Source of the DNA: an uncultured Lachnospiraceae bacterium
Lineage (GTDB): Bacteria; Bacillota; Clostridia; Eubacteriales; Anaerofustaceae
Length of the DNA stretch: 64,000 nucleotides
Direction: 5' to 3'
Assembly: GCA_964444065.1 (NCBI GenBank)
Contig: CAYUFL010000001.1
Location: forward strand, 15,015 to 79,014
Both the position numbers and the translations under genes were made by a program. Below are positions 18,423-27,645 of the stretch, in pieces. The notes below the pieces were generated by a model, which was not told the origin of the DNA, made no database searches, and saw nothing but the letters and a program-made list of their open reading frames with translations. Every line of letters begins with the position of its first letter. Position 1 is the first letter of the stretch.

Positions 18423-19876
18423 TTGATTGCCTCCTGCGCTTCATCGGATTTTTCATACAGTGTACCGGTCGCGATATACGAACCGTTTCCTTTTTTGGTA
18501 ATTTCCTCCAAAGGAATTCCTGTTTCCCGGGAAATAATCTCCATTACTTTCGGCATACAGAATCCTCCCTGACATCTGCCCATGCCTGCACGCACTCTGC
18601 GCTTCACGGCGTCAACATCGGTCGCAGGAATGCATCGGTGCACCGCATCAATAATTTCGCCTTCGGTGATACTTTCGCATCGGCAGACGATTTTTCCGTA
18701 TGCGGGATTCTCTTTGATCATCGCGCTGACAGCCTCTCTGGATCTTCGGATCACCGAATTGATCGGCTTTCGTATCGGATCAAACGACGGATTCGGCAGC
18801 AGCTCGGTTTTTTGCGCAATCAGATCGCGCACATGCTCAGCAATCACATACGATGTTGTGAGTCCAGGAGAAGAAATACAGGCAACATTAATGAATCGGT
18901 CGATATCGGTTTCTTCAATAATGAAATCATCCTTATCACAGACAGCGCGGATGCCCGAAAACTGTGTAATAACTTTGGATCGATCCAGGTTTGGCACATA
19001 TGAGACAGCTTTCTCCCAGATGGCGGATAAGACGGCATCCGTCGTCTCGGTGTCTTCTTTTTCCCCGATATAGTCCGCACTAGGACCGATAATTAAATTA
19101 TTGTGAGCCGTCGGAGAAACGAGAATCCCTTTGCTTCCTTTTTTCGGGGTACCGAACAGTACCGTGCTTGCTTTTCCGCGTTCGTTCTTGTCAAAAAGCA
19201 TATATTCCCCGCGTCTTGGTTTCACGGCAAAATCTGTTTTTGCGATCATGTTTGAAATCTGATCCGCAAACACTCCGGCGGCATTGATGACAAATTTTGC
19301 GCGATAAACGGCTTGATTCGTGCTTACCGTAAAACCCTCCGCATCTTTTGTGATTGACTTGACTTCATTGTTTAAGAACAGCTGCACCCCGTTATCAACA
19401 GCATTTTCCATCAAAGCGATGGTATATTCGTATGGACTGATTACTCCGGCAGTGGAACAATACAAGGCACTTCTGACTTCAGGATTAATAAAGGATTCTT
19501 TCTGCAGAATAAATTCCCGATCAACAATCCGAAGACCTTCGATTTGGTTTTTTATACCATTCTCATACAACGCACGGATCGTCTGATCATCCTCGTCGTC
19601 AAATCCGAGCACAAATGAGCCGCATCGGTTCAGTTCAAATCCCAGTTCCTTGGACAGCGGCGTCATCAGTTCATTGCCCCGCTTGGAAAATGCTCCTTTT
19701 TTTGTCCCATATTTCGCATCGTATCCGCCATGCACAATCCCGCTGTTCGCTTTTGAAGCGCCACACGACACATCATTTTCCTTGTCGATCACCGCAATGC
19801 TCAGACGGTATTTCGAAAGTTCTCTGGCAATCGCTCCTCCGATGCATCCCGCACCGATGATGATCACATCATACAT
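18419..19876 (-). CDS. FAD-dependent oxidoreductase, glycerol-3-phosphate-dehydrogenase-like, with BFD-like [2Fe-2S] domain
   Basis: 485 aa. DVIIIGAGCIGGAIA dinucleotide fold. C-terminal CRCESITEGEI...GRCQGGFC BFD-type motif. Classic trio with the two downstream genes. Confidence 0.75.
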   Translation of the reverse strand: MYDVIIIGAGCIGGAIARELSKYRLSIAVIDKENDVSCGASKANSGIVHGGYDAKYGTKKGAFSKRGNELMTPLSKELGFELNRCGSFVLGFDDEDDQTIRALYENGIKNQIEGLRIVDREFILQKESFINPEVRSALYCSTAGVISPYEYTIALMENAVDNGVQLFLNNEVKSITKDAEGFTVSTNQAVYRAKFVINAAGVFADQISNMIAKTDFAVKPRRGEYMLFDKNERGKASTVLFGTPKKGSKGILVSPTAHNNLIIGPSADYIGEKEDTETTDAVLSAIWEKAVSYVPNLDRSKVITQFSGIRAVCDKDDFIIEETDIDRFINVACISSPGLTTSYVIAEHVRDLIAQKTELLPNPSFDPIRKPINSVIRRSREAVSAMIKENPAYGKIVCRCESITEGEIIDAVHRCIPATDVDAVKRRVRAGMGRCQGGFCMPKVMEIISRETGIPLEEITKKGNGSYIATGTLYEKSDEAQEAIK

Positions 19877-20042
19877 TTTTCAACCTCCCGATTTTGCATG
19901 AAAAAAGCGGCCCAGATGCTCGCCAAAACAAGCCCTGATACCGCGGTTTCTCTCAATCTCTTCCGCATCATCCATGCTGATGGTTCTATTATAAATCAAA
20001 TCATACTTCCCCGCAAGAAAATTCTTCCTTGCCGATAACAGT

Positions 20043-21425
20043 TCACAGCTCCAGCAGTTTTAATATTGCAGAAACATAGATCTGTGTTGCCGTCAGCAAA
20101 CGATCAATGGAAAGCACTTCATCCGACATGTGAATGCGGTTGTCGTCTCCCGGAAATTCAATCCCGAAAGCAACCACATGATCGAAACTTTTGGCGTATG
20201 TGCCGCCGCCGATGGTGACAGGCTTGTTCACGATGTCTCCCGTCACTTCCGAATAAGCAGAGTACAGCGTCTGCACCAGCGAAGACTGCGGATCAACATA
20301 CAATGCCTTCCCGATTCGGATGCCGTTCATCGCAATCTGCTTTGCAGCAAACCGTTTCTGTATTTCCTTTGCGTACGCAGTGAAATCGACCGTAATCGGA
20401 TAGCGGATATCCATCGTTGCTTCCGCCTCATTCCCATGCAGTGCGATCAGCCCGATATTCAGCGTCAGCGTTCCGTATTGATCCTCACATTTGACTCCGC
20501 AGGATGCTCCGTCATATTCAGCAGCGATCAGATCCCGATAGCCGCATAGAAACGGACTGTGCGGTAAAATATCCGCCAAGAATAAAATCATATATGAAAT
20601 GGCATTTACCCCTTGTTCGGGCAAACTGGCATGTGCAGAGACACCGTCCAGTTCTAACGTAAGAATTCCGTCCGCGCAGATTGTACGGCAGCTCATTTGA
20701 TGTTCGGAAGCAAATAACCGGAATGCAGTTTCTGTTTGTCCGAGCTGTTCATTCTGTCCTTCCAGCACACAGCGACAAAACGGAGCCACCACATTTTTTG
20801 CTTCACCGCCCATGAGTTCACGCAGACGGATTTCGTCTCCCTGATTCACCATACCCCGCAACACTGCGGAAAAATTACCTTTTTCTCCGAAAATCAGCGG
20901 GAAATCGGCATCAGGCGAAAAGCCCATGGTGAATCCGCCCTCTTTGCTGCGGTAATATTCCATACACTTCGATCCCGATTCCTCATTCGTGCCGAATACA
21001 AGACGTACGCGTTTGCGGATCGGCATGCCCATATCTTTGATGATCTTCATTGCATAAAGGGCAATGATCGCCGGACCTTTGTCATCACATACACCGCGTC
21101 CGTACAGTTTCCCGTCCGCAATTTGAACATCAAACGGATCATGCACCCACCCGTCACCCTCCGGCACGACATCCACATGACAAAGAATCCCGATCAGATC
21201 CTCGCCTTCACCCATTTCGGCATATCCGGCATAGTTTTCCATATTCACAGTCGGAAACCCCAGAGATTCGGCGATCGACAGCACTTTTTCCAACGCATCC
21301 GCGCAGCCTTTACCGAAGGGCATTCCTTCAATCGCATCCTGACGGACGCTGCGAATCGCGACCAGTGATTGGATTGCCCGAATCATTTCATCTTTATAAT
21401 GCAAAGCATATTCTTTACTGTTCAT
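20043..21425 (-). CDS. pepV: M20-family dipeptidase (PepV/Sapep type)
   Basis: 460 aa. HVDVVPEGDGW and GRGVCDDKGP motifs. Confidence 0.8.
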   Translation of the reverse strand: MNSKEYALHYKDEMIRAIQSLVAIRSVRQDAIEGMPFGKGCADALEKVLSIAESLGFPTVNMENYAGYAEMGEGEDLIGILCHVDVVPEGDGWVHDPFDVQIADGKLYGRGVCDDKGPAIIALYAMKIIKDMGMPIRKRVRLVFGTNEESGSKCMEYYRSKEGGFTMGFSPDADFPLIFGEKGNFSAVLRGMVNQGDEIRLRELMGGEAKNVVAPFCRCVLEGQNEQLGQTETAFRLFASEHQMSCRTICADGILTLELDGVSAHASLPEQGVNAISYMILFLADILPHSPFLCGYRDLIAAEYDGASCGVKCEDQYGTLTLNIGLIALHGNEAEATMDIRYPITVDFTAYAKEIQKRFAAKQIAMNGIRIGKALYVDPQSSLVQTLYSAYSEVTGDIVNKPVTIGGGTYAKSFDHVVAFGIEFPGDDNRIHMSDEVLSIDRLLTATQIYVSAILKLLEL

Positions 21426-21583
21426 GGTTTCCCTCCGTGTTCACCTTAGTTTATCAAATCGGATGCAAAGATGAAAGCCCTGCAACCCATATTTTTAATC
21501 CTGGCGCATTGCCGTTCAAAACGTGGACATTCTCAAAATGAGTATGGTATAATAAAAAAACAAACAGAGTGAAGGAACACCTC

Positions 21584-22246
21584 ATGAATACAAAAGAAAA
21601 AATATACAACACGGCAAAACGGCTATACTTGGAAAACGGATTCGAAGCAACACCAAACACTTTAATTGCAAAAGAAGCGGGCGTAAACCTCGGATTGGTA
21701 ACCTACTACTACAAAACGAAAGACATCATCGCAAGCGACATGCTCAACCAGAATTACGATACATTGTACAGACATTTATACAGCTATCTGCCCGTTTATG
21801 ACGATATGCTCATGCTGGTGGCTTTCCACAGACTCCACATCCATCTGACGGAGATCGATCCCGATTATGATCGTTTTATTTATGAAATGAATAAACAAGA
21901 TCTGATCGAAAAAGCAACCAAAGATGGCAACTTAGTTGATATTTTTGCCCGTCTTGTCAATACAAATGAGCATATCGCGCAAAAAAAAGATCTCTTTTTG
22001 GACATTGCCCTTTCCATATATTTCGGAGGATACCGCGCGTTGACGATGAATCAGTTTGAAAAGACGCTGCATATCTCAAAAGATGAATTGTTTCAGCTCT
22101 GCATGCATACAATGATGGCAAGTTTGGAGCTTGATTACGAAAGCCCGTCTTTCCGCTCAGTCATGCGCACAGCGGAAGCAATCGTTCATAAATTATTGGA
22201 TGAACACCCGGATTTAAAACGCACAGCTTCCTATCTATACATTTGA
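21584..22246 (+). CDS. TetR/AcrR-family transcriptional regulator
   Basis: ATG 21584 follows GAAGGA. N-terminal HTH KIYNTAKRLYLENGFEATPNTLIAKEAGVNLGLVTYYY. Confidence 0.85.
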   Translation: MNTKEKIYNTAKRLYLENGFEATPNTLIAKEAGVNLGLVTYYYKTKDIIASDMLNQNYDTLYRHLYSYLPVYDDMLMLVAFHRLHIHLTEIDPDYDRFIYEMNKQDLIEKATKDGNLVDIFARLVNTNEHIAQKKDLFLDIALSIYFGGYRALTMNQFEKTLHISKDELFQLCMHTMMASLELDYESPSFRSVMRTAEAIVHKLLDEHPDLKRTASYLYI

Positions 22247-22282
22247 CTGCTTGCAGATAAACAAGTCTACCGTATTTATGGA

Positions 22283-22319
22283 GGAACAATCGGCTTTTTC
22301 GTTCGATTGTTCCTTTTTT
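22283..22319 (+). terminator. Intrinsic terminator after the TetR gene
   Basis: 10-bp stem GGAACAATCG / CGATTGTTCC followed by TTTTTT. Confidence 0.65.
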
Positions 22320-22360
22320 AGTGTTGAATTGAATATATGATAAAACACATGCAAAATAGA

Positions 22361-22408
22361 TTGACAAAATATGAGAAAGGATGCTATATTGAATTTGCTT
22401 GCAAGCAA
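22361..22408 (+). promoter_or_regulatory. Promoter plus palindromic operator for the downstream URO-D-like gene
   Basis: TTGACA (22361-66), then an extended -10 TGcTATATT (22382-90), then the 14-nt perfect palindrome TTGCTTGCAAGCAA (22395-22408) at or just after the TSS. Confidence 0.55.
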
Positions 22409-22430
22409 TTTGATTTTGTGGAGCGTGCAT

Positions 22431-23399
22431 ATGCGAACATCGTCACAGGAAAGTATCGATAAAAATCAGCTTCTTTTTGATGTATGGGACGGTCGCATCC
22501 CAAAGCGGGTACCGCTTCTCCCATTTTTCGGGATTGATGTTGCACTAGAATACGCAGGGATACAAACCGAAAACAGGAACCTGAAAGCGCAGGAAATCCT
22601 GAATGCAGCGGAATATCTGTCGGGTGCGATCAAAAGTGACATCCTCCCAATTGCTTTTCTTTCATCGATGGATACACAACGCTTCGCTTATCCGGATCTC
22701 GGAAAGATTCGCTGTTTCAGTGAATTATGCGAATACAATGAAATCGCGGCGAAACATAAAAAAGCCACCGTACCGTTTTGCGGCTTCGCAGCAACAGTGC
22801 CGTTGGAATGCATGCATGACGGATATTCAGAAAAGAACGCCTACGGGCACAACGCTGTAAAATCCGACAGCGATTCTCAAGGCAACGATTATGACGTACT
22901 TTTAAGAAAATGTTGTTTTAATGGGATGGGAAATGGCACCAAATATGACAGAATTGCTCTTTTCCCGATCTTATCGGGTGAAGTGAACATAACAGAATTC
23001 GAAAATGTATACTGGCCGAACTTTCAATCTTTTTGTAACGATCTTGACTTCAACGGCTACGGAATCTCATTGATCCTGGATGCTGTTTGGGAAAATTATA
23101 CCGACTTCCTTCTTGATTTGCCTGAAAATACGCAGATAAAACTTCGTACTGCCGACGCAAAATTGATCAAATCAAAGTTGGGCGCCAGACACATTTTATG
23201 CGGATTATATCCGGCAGAACTGCTGCAAAGCGGGAACCAACAGGAATGCTGCGACAAGGCAAAACAACTGCTGGATATTCTTGCGCCGGGCGGAAGATAT
23301 TCGTTCGGACTAAACCGCATCATACACAAATGCGGCGAAATCCACTTCGACAACCTGAACGCGGTACTGGAAACGGCAGAACGCTACGGAAAGTACTGA
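22431..23399 (+). CDS. Uroporphyrinogen-decarboxylase (URO-D)-like family protein, unknown substrate
   Basis: ORF 22371..23399. ATG 22431 follows GGAG. The C-terminus (ILCGLYPAELLQSGNQQEC...LLDILAPGGRYSFGLNRII...NLNAVLETAERYGKY) resembles the URO-D/MtaA-type fold. Confidence 0.45.
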   Translation: MRTSSQESIDKNQLLFDVWDGRIPKRVPLLPFFGIDVALEYAGIQTENRNLKAQEILNAAEYLSGAIKSDILPIAFLSSMDTQRFAYPDLGKIRCFSELCEYNEIAAKHKKATVPFCGFAATVPLECMHDGYSEKNAYGHNAVKSDSDSQGNDYDVLLRKCCFNGMGNGTKYDRIALFPILSGEVNITEFENVYWPNFQSFCNDLDFNGYGISLILDAVWENYTDFLLDLPENTQIKLRTADAKLIKSKLGARHILCGLYPAELLQSGNQQECCDKAKQLLDILAPGGRYSFGLNRIIHKCGEIHFDNLNAVLETAERYGKY

Positions 23400-23522
23400 G
23401 TCGAAATACTTCCGATCATCAGCCATAAAAAACGAAAAAAATCATTTGCGATATTTCCGTCCCCGATATCAACTGCACTGAGTTGAGGATAACGGAATCC
23501 GATTGCAAATGATTTTTTTTGT

Positions 23523-24167
23523 TTAATATCCGTATTCCTCTCCGAGAATGAATACTTTGATACGATCCTGAATAAACTGATGTTCTGTCACGACTTCAAA
23601 ACAGCAGATGCGTTTGTCACTTCGGCAATCCACACATGTGCCTGCATTTGTACAGGGATTCTGCGTGTCTAAACGCAGATTGTTTGCGGGTGCGGCGATT
23701 GTTTTTACACGCTGCGAAGCTTCCTGAATATCGGTGACAATTTTATTGTATCCGGCAATGACAATGACATTTCTAGGACCAAAGCTCATCGGTGCGACGC
23801 GGGAACCCATCCCGTCAACATTATAAAGCTGTCCTTTTTCGGTAATCGCGTTGGTACCGGTAAAAAAGTAATCGACCAGAAACACTTCGCGTTTGCGCCT
23901 GTATTTTTCTTCTTCCGTCGTCAAATCCTTACCATCACGATCAATATAAGTATATCGATCCGAAGTGATCAATTCCATCACACCGGTCTCGAACAGCGTC
24001 ATGGAACCGCCGACAGCAATGGTAGCTTTTTCGGGCAGCATCGTTTTCAGCTGCTCGATCAATGTCTCTTTATTTGGAATGAAGTATGCATCCATTCGGT
24101 TCTTTTTCAATGCATTGATTGTGTTTTCAATTCGCTTTTCGGTCAGTACACGCAGGTGGCGATCCAT
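23523..24167 (-). CDS. LUD-domain (lactate-utilisation YkgG-like) protein, paralogue 1
   Basis: 214 aa. GGSMTLFETGV...TGTNAITEKGQLYNVDG...IAGYNKIV pattern plus a C-terminal Cys cluster CTNAGTCVDCRSDKRICC. Confidence 0.7.
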   Translation of the reverse strand: MDRHLRVLTEKRIENTINALKKNRMDAYFIPNKETLIEQLKTMLPEKATIAVGGSMTLFETGVMELITSDRYTYIDRDGKDLTTEEEKYRRKREVFLVDYFFTGTNAITEKGQLYNVDGMGSRVAPMSFGPRNVIVIAGYNKIVTDIQEASQRVKTIAAPANNLRLDTQNPCTNAGTCVDCRSDKRICCFEVVTEHQFIQDRIKVFILGEEYGY

Positions 24168-24185
24168 ATGATCCTCCGATCAAAA

Positions 24186-24830
24186 TTAATAACCAAACGA
24201 TTGAGGCAAAATAAAGATTCGAATCCGACCACGCATTAATTGTCTGCCGGTCACAAATCCGAAGCTGCAGATTCTGCTGTCTCTCGCGCAGTCATGGCAT
24301 CTTCCGTCAGAAATGCATGGGTTTCCTGTCTGGCGTCGTATATTGATTGCGGGTGCGGCGATGGTCTTCATCCGCTTGACTGCCGCATCCATATCTTTGA
24401 CTATTTTGTTCACACCTGCGACCACAATGACATGCGCGGGACCAAATGTCATCGGTGCGACGCGGTTGCCGATACCGTCCACGTTGTAGAGTTCTCCGTC
24501 TTCGGTAATCGCGTTTGTGCTCGTGAAAAAATAATCCGAGAAAAAAACATCTCTTTCCCGCAGAAAAATTTCACTTTCATCTTCGGTGTCCCGTCCGAGA
24601 CGGTCATGATAAGAATAATTGCCGTTGCGCAGCAATTCCATCACGCCTGTTTCGAAGAGCGTTTTCGCTCCGCCGATCGCAACCGATGCCCCCTGCGGCA
24701 ATTCTTCTCTCAAGAGCGCAATCAACGCATGCGAATCCGCGACATATTTTGCGGGCATACCGTTTTCCGTCAATTTTTCCGCTGTCCGCTCAATTCGTTT
24801 TTGTATTGTTTCCGATAAAAAACGATCCAT
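24186..24830 (-). CDS. LUD-domain protein, paralogue 2
   Basis: 214 aa, collinear with the neighbouring paralogue and roughly half the residues identical by eye. C-terminal CISDGRCHDCARDSRIC. Confidence 0.7.
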   Translation of the reverse strand: MDRFLSETIQKRIERTAEKLTENGMPAKYVADSHALIALLREELPQGASVAIGGAKTLFETGVMELLRNGNYSYHDRLGRDTEDESEIFLRERDVFFSDYFFTSTNAITEDGELYNVDGIGNRVAPMTFGPAHVIVVAGVNKIVKDMDAAVKRMKTIAAPAINIRRQTGNPCISDGRCHDCARDSRICSFGFVTGRQLMRGRIRIFILPQSFGY

Positions 24831-24838
24831 AACGTGTC

Positions 24839-25312
24839 CTATCCAATGACTTCGATCGATTTAATCACCTGAGGTTCAACCGGTTTATCGGCATAATCCG
24901 TCTTAACATTAGCGATGCGATCGACCACATCCATGCCTTCAATTACTTTGCCGAATGCGGCGTAATCACCGTTGAGATGCGGCGCATCCTGATGAACGAT
25001 AAAAAACTGGCAACTGGCAGAATTCTTGTCGAATGCGCGCGCCATCGCAATCACACCGCGTTCGTGGCTGATCGGATTGTCAACACCGTTGGACGAAAAT
25101 TCGCCTTTGATTTTCTGATCGGACGAACCCGTTCCCGTTCCGAGCGGACATCCGCCCTGTATCATAAAACCTTTGATCACGCGATGAAATGTCAATCCAT
25201 TGTAAAATCCATTTTTTACAAGTGTTTCAAAATTCTCGACCGAAATCGGTGCATGCTCTCTGTCCAGCTCCAATTTGATCTGATCTCCGTTTTCCATTGT
25301 AATTTGAATCAT
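24839..25312 (-). CDS. ppiB: Cyclophilin-type peptidyl-prolyl cis-trans isomerase
   Basis: 157 aa. FHRVIKGFMIQGGCP and SCQFFIV motifs. Confidence 0.9.
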   Translation of the reverse strand: MIQITMENGDQIKLELDREHAPISVENFETLVKNGFYNGLTFHRVIKGFMIQGGCPLGTGTGSSDQKIKGEFSSNGVDNPISHERGVIAMARAFDKNSASCQFFIVHQDAPHLNGDYAAFGKVIEGMDVVDRIANVKTDYADKPVEPQVIKSIEVIG

Positions 25313-25430
25313 TTTTATGCTCCTTTTTTCATTTCAATTTGTTACCAATGGGTAGTCCATATTTTCCCATCTTATCCATCCTCTGCCGCCGAAAAGCGCG
25401 CAAGATTTACTGCGCCCCAAGACGATACGG

Positions 25431-26606
25431 CTATAACAACTCGAATACTTCTTTTATAATTGCGACTGCTCTGTCCATTTGTTCTTTGGTATGCGTCGCA
25501 GTATAGCTGGTACGCAGCATGCATTGACCTTCGGGCGCGGCAGGCGGTATCACCGGATTGACGTAAACGCCTTTTTCAAACAACATGTTTGTAATGGCAA
25601 ACGTGCGCTCGATGTCGTATGTAAAGATCGGAATCACTGCTGTTGATCCCTCAATGATCGGAATACCCGCTTCTTTTAATTGACTGCGCATGTAATTCGA
25701 AATCTCAATCAGATTTTTCTGTCGCTGCGGCTCGCTTTTAATAATGCGCAATGCCTCGAGTGCTGCCGCCGCATTGGCGGGAGGGATCGATGCACTGAAA
25801 ATGAACGGTCTTGATTTATGTCTCACATAATCAATCACATCCCGATCGCCCGCGATACAACCCCCGAGTGACGCAAGTGATTTCGAAAACGTCGTCATAA
25901 TCAAATCAATTTCTTTATCCAGTCCGTAGTAATTTGCGGTTCCGCGCCCGCACTCCCCAATCATACCCATCCCGTGTGCATCATCAACGAGAATTCTTGC
26001 ACCGTACTGTTTTGCCAACGCAACAATTTCAGGCAGGTTCGCAATATCTCCGCTCATGCTGAAAACACCGTCGGTAATAATTAATTTGCCGGCGTCTTCG
26101 GGAATACGTTCCAATACACGTTTCAAATCATCCATATCGCTGTGTTGATATTTCAATGTTTTCTTGGCAAAACTCAGACGGCATCCGTCGATAATACTGG
26201 CGTGATTTTCCGAGTCATTGATAATATAATCGTGATAGCCCGCAATGGCGGAAATAATACCCAAATTGCTTTGAAAACCGGTACTGAATGTGATTGAATC
26301 CTCTTTACCGAAAAAATCGGCCAATTCGCCTTCCAACTGTTCGTGCAATTTCAGGGTTCCGTTTAAAAATCGGGAACCGGAACATCCTGTCCCCAATTCA
26401 TCCAATGCTTTGATCGATGCATCGATGGTTCGGCGATCACTGGTCAATCCCAGATAATTGTTTGAACCGAGCATAATGATCGATTTCCCCTCCATGACTA
26501 CTTCCGTGTCCTGCCCTGTTTCCAACGCATGAAAATATGGATAAATTCCGGCTGCTCTTGCTTCTTTTGCGTCCGTAAACTGGTAACATTTTTCAAATAA
26601 ATCCAT
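25431..26606 (-). CDS. PLP-dependent alpha-oxoamine synthase (AONS/KBL/serine-palmitoyltransferase-like)
   Basis: ORF 25431..26621. ATG 26606 follows GGAGG at 8 nt. YPYFHALETGQDTEV..GSNNYLGLT..GTGCSGSRFLNGT..FSTGFQSNLG, and TFSKSLASLGG (PLP lysine). Confidence 0.8.
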   Translation of the reverse strand: MDLFEKCYQFTDAKEARAAGIYPYFHALETGQDTEVVMEGKSIIMLGSNNYLGLTSDRRTIDASIKALDELGTGCSGSRFLNGTLKLHEQLEGELADFFGKEDSITFSTGFQSNLGIISAIAGYHDYIINDSENHASIIDGCRLSFAKKTLKYQHSDMDDLKRVLERIPEDAGKLIITDGVFSMSGDIANLPEIVALAKQYGARILVDDAHGMGMIGECGRGTANYYGLDKEIDLIMTTFSKSLASLGGCIAGDRDVIDYVRHKSRPFIFSASIPPANAAAALEALRIIKSEPQRQKNLIEISNYMRSQLKEAGIPIIEGSTAVIPIFTYDIERTFAITNMLFEKGVYVNPVIPPAAPEGQCMLRTSYTATHTKEQMDRAVAIIKEVFELL

Positions 26607-26745
26607 CGGCAATTCCTCCAAATTCTAATATCCTAATCATATAATAACCACTGTGAATTGTCCACTCAAAAAAATGCACATCACCGAATAGCAGCAAAAA
26701 ACTCGCTGTATATCGCCAATAAAATAAGCGAACAAAAGTATTCGC

Positions 26746-27414
26746 TTATTCCGATGATGCATCATTTGATTGGTTGCGGGCTTGGGAGTTCCCCTCATCT
26801 GCGGGCATTCTCTTGTGCAAATCGTGTATCTTGCCTTCATGTATGCCATCCCGACGCAGCACGTAGACAACGGAACGAAAAAAGATTTTTGCATCAAACA
26901 AAAAACTGAGCTTTTCATAATACTCTCCGTCATACCGTGCTTTGACATCCGGGGGCATCACATCCCTTCCGTTGATCTGCGCCCAACCGGTCAAACCGGG
27001 CAACAGCTGGTTGGCATGATTTTGTTCACGCAGAGCGATGACATCCGTTTCTTCCAAAATCAGCGGACGGGGTCCGACCACACTCATTTCCCCTTTTATA
27101 ATATTTACAATCTGCGGCAATTCATCCAGACTTGTTTTACGCAGAAAATTCCCGAAACGGGTAATGTAACGATCCGGATCGCTTAATTGTCCGGTAGGAA
27201 TATTCTTCGGGGTATCAATCATCATTGTACGGAATTTTAATATCTGAAATGTTTGATTGTTTTTTCCCGAACGATCCTGTTTAAACAGCACCGGACCTTT
27301 GGAGTCGATCTTTATCATGATTGCAAGTAATAAAAAAACAGGCAACAAAACAAGAAACGCAATCAGGGACAGCGCAAAATCGATCACTCTTTTCCACATA
27401 TTTCGATATGACAT
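26746..27414 (-). CDS. Polyprenyl-phosphate sugar-phosphate transferase (bacterial sugar transferase family)
   Basis: 222 aa. [13 protein letters not shown]...[13 protein letters not shown]...LDELPQ..N...GEMS.VGPRP motifs. Confidence 0.85.
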   Translation of the reverse strand: MSYRNMWKRVIDFALSLIAFLVLLPVFLLLAIMIKIDSKGPVLFKQDRSGKNNQTFQILKFRTMMIDTPKNIPTGQLSDPDRYITRFGNFLRKTSLDELPQIVNIIKGEMSVVGPRPLILEETDVIALREQNHANQLLPGLTGWAQINGRDVMPPDVKARYDGEYYEKLSFLFDAKIFFRSVVYVLRRDGIHEGKIHDLHKRMPADEGNSQARNQSNDASSE

Positions 27415-27597
27415 TCATAAACTCCGCGATAGAAGATATTTCATTGTATTCTGATTAAAATCTATTTTACCATAATAATTCATAGCATAATAATTTACAA
27501 GATTATTTATTAAAATTAATATCCGAAAAAAGTACGAATCCGTCTACCGTTGATCCATCAAATCAAGTGCAGGGGTTCGATCACGATTATATCCTCA

Positions 27598-27629
27598 CAA
27601 AAAGGCTGCCGCATTATATCGGCAGCCTT
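27598..27629 (-). terminator. Intrinsic terminator after the aldehyde dehydrogenase gene
   Basis: 10-bp stem AAGGCTGCCG / CGGCAGCCTT followed on the minus strand by TTTTTG. Confidence 0.65.
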
Positions 27630-27645
27630 CAGTTCCCGTTTTGAT

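Noticed and set aside
19877-20042. A 31-codon ORF (MDDAEEIERNRGIRACFGEHLGRFFHAKSGG) or GlpP-type antiterminator leader upstream of the GlpA-like gene.
   Set aside because: There is no SD, no convincing terminator/antiterminator hairpin pair, and the ORF overlaps the SD of the downstream gene. It is most likely plain 5' UTR.
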